DNA of 64,000 nt from an uncultured virus (IMG/VR IMGVR_UViG_3300049825_000444) (taxonomy: Duplodnaviria; Heunggongvirae; Uroviricota; Caudoviricetes). Under the pieces are notes generated by a model, which was not told the DNA's origin, searched no databases, and saw only the letters and a list, made by a program, of their open reading frames with translations. Made by a program: the position numbers and the translations under genes. Location: IMG/VR virus record IMGVR_UViG_3300049825_000444, one strand, 5' to 3'. Of the stretch, positions 58,256-64,000 are shown piece after piece; position 1 is the stretch's first letter; each line of letters starts with the position of its first letter.

Positions 58256-60661
58256 TTAATATCCTCTAACCAAAGAAACTATATCCCATTTAGAAGTAGT
58301 TGAATTATATATTGCACCAAAATAATCTGTAATATTTGCACTAGTAGAATAGCTTAGATTAGTAAAATCAATACCAAAATTCCAACTAGAATTAAATGTT
58401 GTTAGTCTATTACCAGTAGCATCTTGTGTAATTCTTAAAGTAAGTTTTTGTCCATTAACTGGATTTGTTGGTGTTCCAATAGTTCTATTTCCAGCAACAG
58501 TTACTGAGAAATTATTTCCCAATGCTGCATCTATTGCTATAGTTGCTGCATCAGTTAAAGGTATAACCGATTTAATAATTTTTCTAACCGTAATATCTCT
58601 AGCAGAAAAATCACCATTAGAATCTCTTTTTACTATAGTAGAAATTGTATTTGCTGAAGTTGCTGCTTGTGTATCATCAACGCTAGTTGAAACTGCTGAA
58701 GCTGATTTTCCACCAACAGTACTAACAACTGTAGACGCTTGTGTACCAGTTACATCACCAACTAAATTTCCAGTAAACGATCCTGCTGAACCAGTAACAT
58801 TTCCAGTTACGTTACCTGTTAAATTACCAGTAACATTTCCAGTAAAAGACGCTGTAATAGTTCCAGCACTAAAGTTACCAGAAGAATCTCGCATTACAAG
58901 AGTTGAAGCTGTATTAGTTGCTGTTGAATTGTCTAATTTAGTTTTATCTGTACTACTTTGAAATCCATGAGTAGAAGTTGTTGATAAAGCATGTAAACTT
59001 TGATTACTTTGATTACCATGACTATGAACATGATCTGATTTAGAAAATGTTGCTGCTGCACCTTGAATATTACTAGTTCCAATTTGAACTGGAATATCTG
59101 TTGGGATATTATGAATGTGATCAGCTCTTGCTAAATTAGCACTAGAGCCTTCAGCATTAGTCTGATCTGGAGTTTGAGCAATTACAACTCCAGTAGATAA
59201 ATCATGAGTATGATCAGCCCTAGCTAACGCATTAGCTGTACCAGTACTATTGGTAGTTGTTGCATCCAATGTAACAGCACTAGCTGTAGTAATAGGATCG
59301 GCACCACTAGGTAGATGTCTAGATGCATGAGAAGCTGGATTTACTCCATTTACGTTTCCAGTTAAATCAGCAGTAATTGTTCCTGCTGAAAAATTACCAG
59401 AAGAGTCTCTTTTAACAATAGTAGAAACAGTGTTAATATTAGTAGCGGCTAGTGTATCATTAACTGAAGTCGCTATTTGTGATGCAGTTTTACCACCAAC
59501 AGTATTCACTGTGGCAGTTACTGAACCAGGACCAAGAGCACTAACATCTCCGGTAAGTTCAGAAATAGAACCACCAGAAAGAGTATTAATTTGTGTTTGA
59601 ATAGAAGATGTAACGCCATCGAGATAACCAAATTCAGTATTAGATACCGTACCTGATCCAATTTTATTGGCATTAATTCCTGTAGAAATTTCATTATCGG
59701 TAATCCCACCAATTGAAACTTTAACACCAGAAGCGTCTATAGCTAATGTGCTACCAGAAAGTCTCACATCTGCTGTTGCGGTATTTGATGGATCGTTGTA
59801 AATAAAATCAATAGAATTACTATCTTGAAAAGCACCAACAACAGCATCCTGTGCTGCTTCACTAAAGTCACTAACTTGTGAAGAAGTAATTGAAATAGAA
59901 ACTTGTGATGCAGCAGTTAGTCTACCTTTAGCATCGACTGTTAATAAAGTAACTTGACTAGAAGACCCATAAGATCCAGGAGTTACTGTTGTGTTAATAA
60001 GATCTGCTGAAATATTTTGTCCACTAAGTGATAAATCAATATTTGAACTATCAGTTACCGTTACATCTCCAGTATTACTTCCTGAGATATTAGAAGAACT
60101 GATAGATCCACTTGCTAAAATATTACCAACAACTTCTAAAGCTTCTGTTGGATTTACTTTATTAATACCAACTCGGTTTAGTGCACCATCTACAACTAAG
60201 ACATTAGTGTCAACAACTAAAGCATTACCAGCAGCACTATTAATATTTAGTGGGCCAGTCATTGTATCACCAGATTTTAATACGTTAGCTGAAGCTGCTC
60301 CAGTTAATGAAGCTGTAATAATATTTGCAACAAAATTACCAAGACCATCTCTTTTTACTATAGTAGAGACTGTATTGCTTGAAGTTGCTGCTTGAACGTC
60401 ATCAACAGCACTAGCGATAGCTGCTGCTAATTTTCCACCAACTTGAACAACTGTTGCTGTAGCATTACCTGGTCCGGTAGCTGTTACGTCACCAATTAAT
60501 CCAGTTAAATCATTTGTTGAACCAATTGCTGATTCAATTCCATTGCTACCTTGAACGTATAAAATATTATCTGTTTTAAAATATAAAAGAACATAGCCGC
60601 TAGGTGGAGCTGGGGGTGTAGCTGAAATTGCCGCTAATCTACCTGTTCCTGGAGTACTCAT
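58256..60661 (-). CDS. Tail fibre protein with repeats
   Basis: Repeated GDV..VGGK..AT..NT.STIVKRD..G.F.A..ITA and ARADH.H; C-terminal ITQDATG.R domain. Confidence 0.8.
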   Translation of the reverse strand: MSTPGTGRLAAISATPPAPPSGYVLLYFKTDNILYVQGSNGIESAIGSTNDLTGLIGDVTATGPGNATATVVQVGGKLAAAIASAVDDVQAATSSNTVSTIVKRDGLGNFVANIITASLTGAASANVLKSGDTMTGPLNINSAAGNALVVDTNVLVVDGALNRVGINKVNPTEALEVVGNILASGSISSSNISGSNTGDVTVTDSSNIDLSLSGQNISADLINTTVTPGSYGSSSQVTLLTVDAKGRLTAASQVSISITSSQVSDFSEAAQDAVVGAFQDSNSIDFIYNDPSNTATADVRLSGSTLAIDASGVKVSIGGITDNEISTGINANKIGSGTVSNTEFGYLDGVTSSIQTQINTLSGGSISELTGDVSALGPGSVTATVNTVGGKTASQIATSVNDTLAATNINTVSTIVKRDSSGNFSAGTITADLTGNVNGVNPASHASRHLPSGADPITTASAVTLDATTTNSTGTANALARADHTHDLSTGVVIAQTPDQTNAEGSSANLARADHIHNIPTDIPVQIGTSNIQGAAATFSKSDHVHSHGNQSNQSLHALSTTSTHGFQSSTDKTKLDNSTATNTASTLVMRDSSGNFSAGTITASFTGNVTGNLTGNVTGNVTGSAGSFTGNLVGDVTGTQASTVVSTVGGKSASAVSTSVDDTQAATSANTISTIVKRDSNGDFSARDITVRKIIKSVIPLTDAATIAIDAALGNNFSVTVAGNRTIGTPTNPVNGQKLTLRITQDATGNRLTTFNSSWNFGIDFTNLSYSTSANITDYFGAIYNSTTSKWDIVSLVRGY

Positions 60662-60672
60662 TATAAAATCCT

Positions 60673-60987
60673 TTAAACTATTACAAGTTCTGCATCTGCT
60701 TCAATAACTAAAGAACCACTAGGTTCAATAGAGAATGAAGAAGAAATCATAACTTGATTTGAATGAATAGTAACTTCATCTGTAATTAATGTTCTAGTGA
60801 TGAAACCTTGTGCTTCAATTGCTCCACCATCTTGAACTAATGTTTTACTATCTCTAATTTCAGTTCCACTAATTCCATCATATCTTGAAATGGATTTATC
60901 ACTAGCAGGAATACTATTACTAGTAACTCCACTACCGCTTCCAGTTATATCTAAAGTACCAGTAAACGGATTGTAGCGAAATCCCAA
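60673..60987 (-). CDS. Short fibre-like protein
   Basis: TTG start; N-terminus NPF.G.LDITGSG shared with the 32022 fibre. Confidence 0.6.
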   Translation of the reverse strand: MGFRYNPFTGTLDITGSGSGVTSNSIPASDKSISRYDGISGTEIRDSKTLVQDGGAIEAQGFITRTLITDEVTIHSNQVMISSSFSIEPSGSLVIEADAELVIV

Positions 60988-61368
60988 TTAAGACCTCACA
61001 ACTGATATTAAATTGTTTTTAGAGGCGTCGGTATAAATAACAGTAACCGTAGCCACAGTTGTTCCACCTTGTTTATAAACATAAATCTCAGTAGTCGGGT
61101 TTGGATATGTTGGATAAATACCGTCAAACTTGTATGGCACTATGGAATTCTGCATGATGTTATTTGTACTACCATCGGAATTTACTTCCATGAAAGTACC
61201 AGTACCATCACCAATTTTAATTGAATCTGAAGTATCATCAATGATTACACTGACTTCACCAATTGTTGCGGTGACTTCAGCATCAACTCTTAATCTATTT
61301 TCATCTTCATCATAAGCTCGTCTAAGTACTTGATCTGCGTCGAGTTTTGATGGAATATATGCTGACAT
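60988..61368 (-). CDS. Small structural protein (putative fibre adaptor)
   Basis: LDADQVLRRAYDEDENRLRV; C-terminus E.Y.YK.G...V.YT like 33758. Confidence 0.6.
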   Translation of the reverse strand: MSAYIPSKLDADQVLRRAYDEDENRLRVDAEVTATIGEVSVIIDDTSDSIKIGDGTGTFMEVNSDGSTNNIMQNSIVPYKFDGIYPTYPNPTTEIYVYKQGGTTVATVTVIYTDASKNNLISVVRS

Positions 61369-61382
61369 TTTACCACTACCTC

Positions 61383-61398
61383 TAATATAAACTTGTTA
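61383..61398 (-). promoter_or_regulatory. Putative phage late promoter motif (1-nt longer variant)
   Basis: TAACAAGTTTATATTA followed by GAGG. Confidence 0.55.
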
Positions 61399-61406
61399 AA
61401 ATGGTA

Positions 61407-61435
61407 TTGACATAGAATTAAAGCTATGGTATAAT
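61407..61435 (+). promoter_or_regulatory. sigma70 consensus promoter
   Basis: TTGACA-N17-TATAAT with extended TG. Confidence 0.8.
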
Positions 61436-61442
61436 GGTTTAC

Positions 61443-61658
61443 ATGTATAAGTATTTAATATTACTATCTTTTTTCATGTTTAGCTGTAGTACAATCCCCG
61501 AAGCTATTGATTTGTCTGGGTTTTCTACAAATTGTCAAAGACGTATTACTTGTTCTAAGTATATGTGTAGAGACTATTATTGGGGTTCTGGTTGTTCTGG
61601 AGAAAAACAGAAGAAAGAAAGATGGTTCACAAATAGGTATGGTGAATATGATCGTTAA
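61443..61658 (+). CDS. Putative lipoprotein
   Basis: MYKYLILLSFFMFSC lipobox-like N-terminus. Confidence 0.55.
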   Translation: MYKYLILLSFFMFSCSTIPEAIDLSGFSTNCQRRITCSKYMCRDYYWGSGCSGEKQKKERWFTNRYGEYDR

Positions 61659-61792
61659 TTATTATTTAATTTACTCAAGTCCTTCAGGATCTATTATAAC
61701 ATCTAGTCATCCAAGTCTTTCTGAAGTGTACCAGGTTATTCTTGACTTTCAATTACAATTAGGTTACTATACAATTATCAAAGGAGAAAAAG

Positions 61793-62026
61793 TTGTCTAA
61801 AGGAATAGTATTAGCTGTTGCTATGTTATCTATAATTTTTTCGGTAAGTAGTATTGTAAATGTAAACATTCGTCATAAACAAATGGATGAAATGTTTAAA
61901 TCTAAAATCAACATGTTAGTCAATTCACATTTTATTGGATGTGCTAGGGTTTCAGCTAAGTTTGATTTATGTAGAGAACTTTCAGAGCAATACAGAGAAC
62001 AAATTAAAAAAGATCTAGGTTTATGA
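61793..62026 (+). CDS. Hypothetical membrane protein
   Basis: AGGAG SD, TTG start, N-terminal TM. Confidence 0.55.
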   Translation: MSKGIVLAVAMLSIIFSVSSIVNVNIRHKQMDEMFKSKINMLVNSHFIGCARVSAKFDLCRELSEQYREQIKKDLGL

Positions 62027-62043
62027 ATTGGAGATAATTTAAT

Positions 62044-62229
62044 ATGAAAGTAAAAATAAAAGACGGGGAAGTGGTTACTGTTTTATATATGGGTCCTGAA
62101 CAAGTAGAAGTTCCAGGTGCGTTAGGTTCTACAAAATTAATCACTAAAACTGTTATGTATGCATACACAAAAAATGATACTAAACCAAAAAGATATTTAC
62201 TAGAAGAGATAGAAGGAATTGAGAGGTAG
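62044..62229 (+). CDS. Hypothetical protein
   Basis: GGAG SD. Confidence 0.55.
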   Translation: MKVKIKDGEVVTVLYMGPEQVEVPGALGSTKLITKTVMYAYTKNDTKPKRYLLEEIEGIER

Positions 62230-62232
62230 TAT

Positions 62233-62499
62233 ATGTTGGGATCCGCATTAATGTTTATTTTAATATTTTTATTATCAATGTTACTTTTCCAAATTTTTAG
62301 TAAGCCAAATTTTAAACCAGGAGACATTTTGATTTACAATTTTTCTATAAAAGAATTTCAAACATCATACCCAGATTTTAAAGTAATTTCTGTAGGTAAG
62401 AATAATTATTTATTAGAAAGATTGGGTAGTTACAATAACGAAAACTTTGAACAAAGTATTGGTATTACTGATGATCTTTGTACTTTATGGAAAAGGTAA
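62233..62499 (+). CDS. Hypothetical membrane protein
   Basis: GAGG SD; N-terminal TM followed by FKPGD. Confidence 0.55.
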   Translation: MLGSALMFILIFLLSMLLFQIFSKPNFKPGDILIYNFSIKEFQTSYPDFKVISVGKNNYLLERLGSYNNENFEQSIGITDDLCTLWKR

Positions 62500-62726
62500 T
62501 TAGTTATTTAAAAAAACAAACAACTTTATTATACTTAGTATATTTTTTTCATCAAGGTGATAGACATATAGATGCCAAAGTTGGAACTATAGGTAGAGAA
62601 ATTAAGTTAAAATTTAAAGATTGGGATGAAGCTTTTAAGACAACAGTATTAGTTATAAATAGATTAAAAGATTACGAAAAAAGACAAATTAAAAAAATTG
62701 AAAAAGAATGTAAAGGAATAAAATGA
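62487..62726 (+). CDS. Hypothetical protein
   Basis: Overlapping ORF; start uncertain. Confidence 0.5.
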   Translation: MEKVISYLKKQTTLLYLVYFFHQGDRHIDAKVGTIGREIKLKFKDWDEAFKTTVLVINRLKDYEKRQIKKIEKECKGIK

Positions 62727-62935
62727 CTACAGTAAATGAAGAAGAAATCAAAGAAACCTTGGCTATTATTAAAGCTTTAGATGACTATGCAACAACTAGT
62801 ATGCCAGAAGAACTACTGGCTAATAGAACAAATACAAAGCCAGCGTTTATGCTTAGAGCTTTAATTAAAGTAATGGTGTCTAGAAATCTTTTATCAGAAA
62901 AAGATGTTAATAGTGTATTAGGACAAAATGGATAA
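62723..62935 (+). CDS. Hypothetical protein
   Basis: ATGA coupling. Confidence 0.55.
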   Translation: MTTVNEEEIKETLAIIKALDDYATTSMPEELLANRTNTKPAFMLRALIKVMVSRNLLSEKDVNSVLGQNG

Positions 62936-63308
62936 AGAAAAAGTTGAAGCATTATGCTCTAAAGTTGCTAGAGAAATTTTTTTATACTTAAGAAAGTTTA
63001 GAGTGCCAGTAAGGGACTGTAAAGAAAAATATGGAACTGTAAGAGTTTACACAGGATTGGGCTGGACATCAATACATTCTATATTTTATCCAGGATATGT
63101 GTATAGTCAGTTTCCACAATGGCTATGGACTTTTGATGTTTACTATGGTGACAAACTATTATATTATTCAGGATTATCATGGTTATCTTATAAAGTACAT
63201 GCATGGGCTTATAGAAAAGCTTATAAAAATGCTATTGACAAGTATCCTGAAATAAGAGATAATATTTTAAATTCAGCTGATTATAAAGAATTATTAAAGG
63301 AGTTATGA
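62928..63308 (+). CDS. Conserved phage hypothetical protein
   Basis: KEKYGTVRVY motif. Confidence 0.65.
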   Translation: MDKEKVEALCSKVAREIFLYLRKFRVPVRDCKEKYGTVRVYTGLGWTSIHSIFYPGYVYSQFPQWLWTFDVYYGDKLLYYSGLSWLSYKVHAWAYRKAYKNAIDKYPEIRDNILNSADYKELLKEL

Positions 63309-63449
63309 TGATTAACATTCCAACTGCTAAAGAAACTTGTGAAAATTTTAAAAAATTTAACAATTTCTGCTTGTTGTGGAGAAGAAAATGTTAAAACTTA
63401 ATATTAATATTCATAATATTATTCAGTCCCCCGACCGGAGGTCGATTAA

Positions 63450-63725
63450 ATGACTAACACTAAAATAAATAAAACTTGGTCCGATATCAGAAAAAAATTT
63501 GATTTTCTTGCTAAAGAAGAGTTAAAGTCTAACTCTAAACTTAAACTTTTATTAAAAGATTGTAAATCTCATTTTTCCCAAAAAAATCCTTGGGCGTTAG
63601 ATCTTGAAATTGTAAAGTCTTATAGTTGCATATCAAATCCTTATATATTTAATTCTGTTTTAGAACTTAAAGGATATAAAATCTTTTACAATAAAAAAAC
63701 TCGTAGTGTGGTTTTTAAGAAATGA
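63450..63725 (+). CDS. Hypothetical protein
   Basis: GGAGG SD. Confidence 0.55.
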   Translation: MTNTKINKTWSDIRKKFDFLAKEELKSNSKLKLLLKDCKSHFSQKNPWALDLEIVKSYSCISNPYIFNSVLELKGYKIFYNKKTRSVVFKK

Positions 63726-64000
63726 AAATATATTATTGCATATACTCAAGTACTTTATTTCTAGTAGAAAATGTTAACAATTGAGCTTATCAATATAGAC
63801 TCTGTGACGATACTATTAGTTTTTATATTAAAGGTGAGTGGTTTAAAGATAAACAAAATTATATTTACATTGGGAATTTATGAAACATGTAATCTGCAAC
63901 TCCTGTGGCTGGGTTCATTTTGAAGTATCAGTTGAGTATGTCTTAGACTGGCAGGATGCTTGGATTGATCATTGGTTAAAGCTAAATGAGCGAGATAGAG

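Noticed and set aside
34030..60661. Diversity-generating retroelement acting on the fibre genes
   Set aside because: No reverse transcriptase; the repeats are in-frame, diverge at synonymous sites, and show no adenine-specific TR/VR pair.
5401..62327. Antisense or nested ORFs in the track (e.g. 5401, 9963, 19459, 40388, 44991, 59991, 62004)
   Set aside because: They are shadows of well-supported genes and lack SD signals or motifs.
1..64000. Alternative genetic code or a lysogeny module
   Set aside because: Genes pack densely under the standard code with all three stops used; no integrase or repressor was recognised in this window.

Overview
AT-rich segment of a tailed dsDNA phage genome with podovirus-like virion genes; the host cannot be determined from the sequence. 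The plus-strand arm (about 1-18985 and 61434-64000) carries early and replication genes: a macro domain, a Cas4-like nuclease, an ERF recombinase, an AEP primase-SF4 helicase fusion, a family B DNA polymerase split into two ORFs around an HNH-AP2 endonuclease, an AAA ATPase, a metallophosphoesterase, ClpP, a DUF5664-like protein, a HAD phosphatase, a sigma-like factor, dUTPase and a trypsin-like protease. The minus-strand arm (about 18977-61368) carries morphogenesis genes: tail fibres and a spike, TerL and portal each with a LAGLIDADG intein, a lysozyme, scaffold, major capsid protein, an M15 endolysin, tail adaptor/nozzle and putative ejection proteins. Small plus-strand islands interrupt this arm. 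Non-coding signals read directly from the sequence are near-consensus sigma70 promoters (several apparently leaderless), a recurring TAACAAGTWWTATTA motif in front of late genes, and a roughly 120-nt multibranched structured element at 39166-39287. I saw no tRNA, rRNA, CRISPR array, integrase or reverse transcriptase. All functional calls come from motif recognition by eye, with no database searches.
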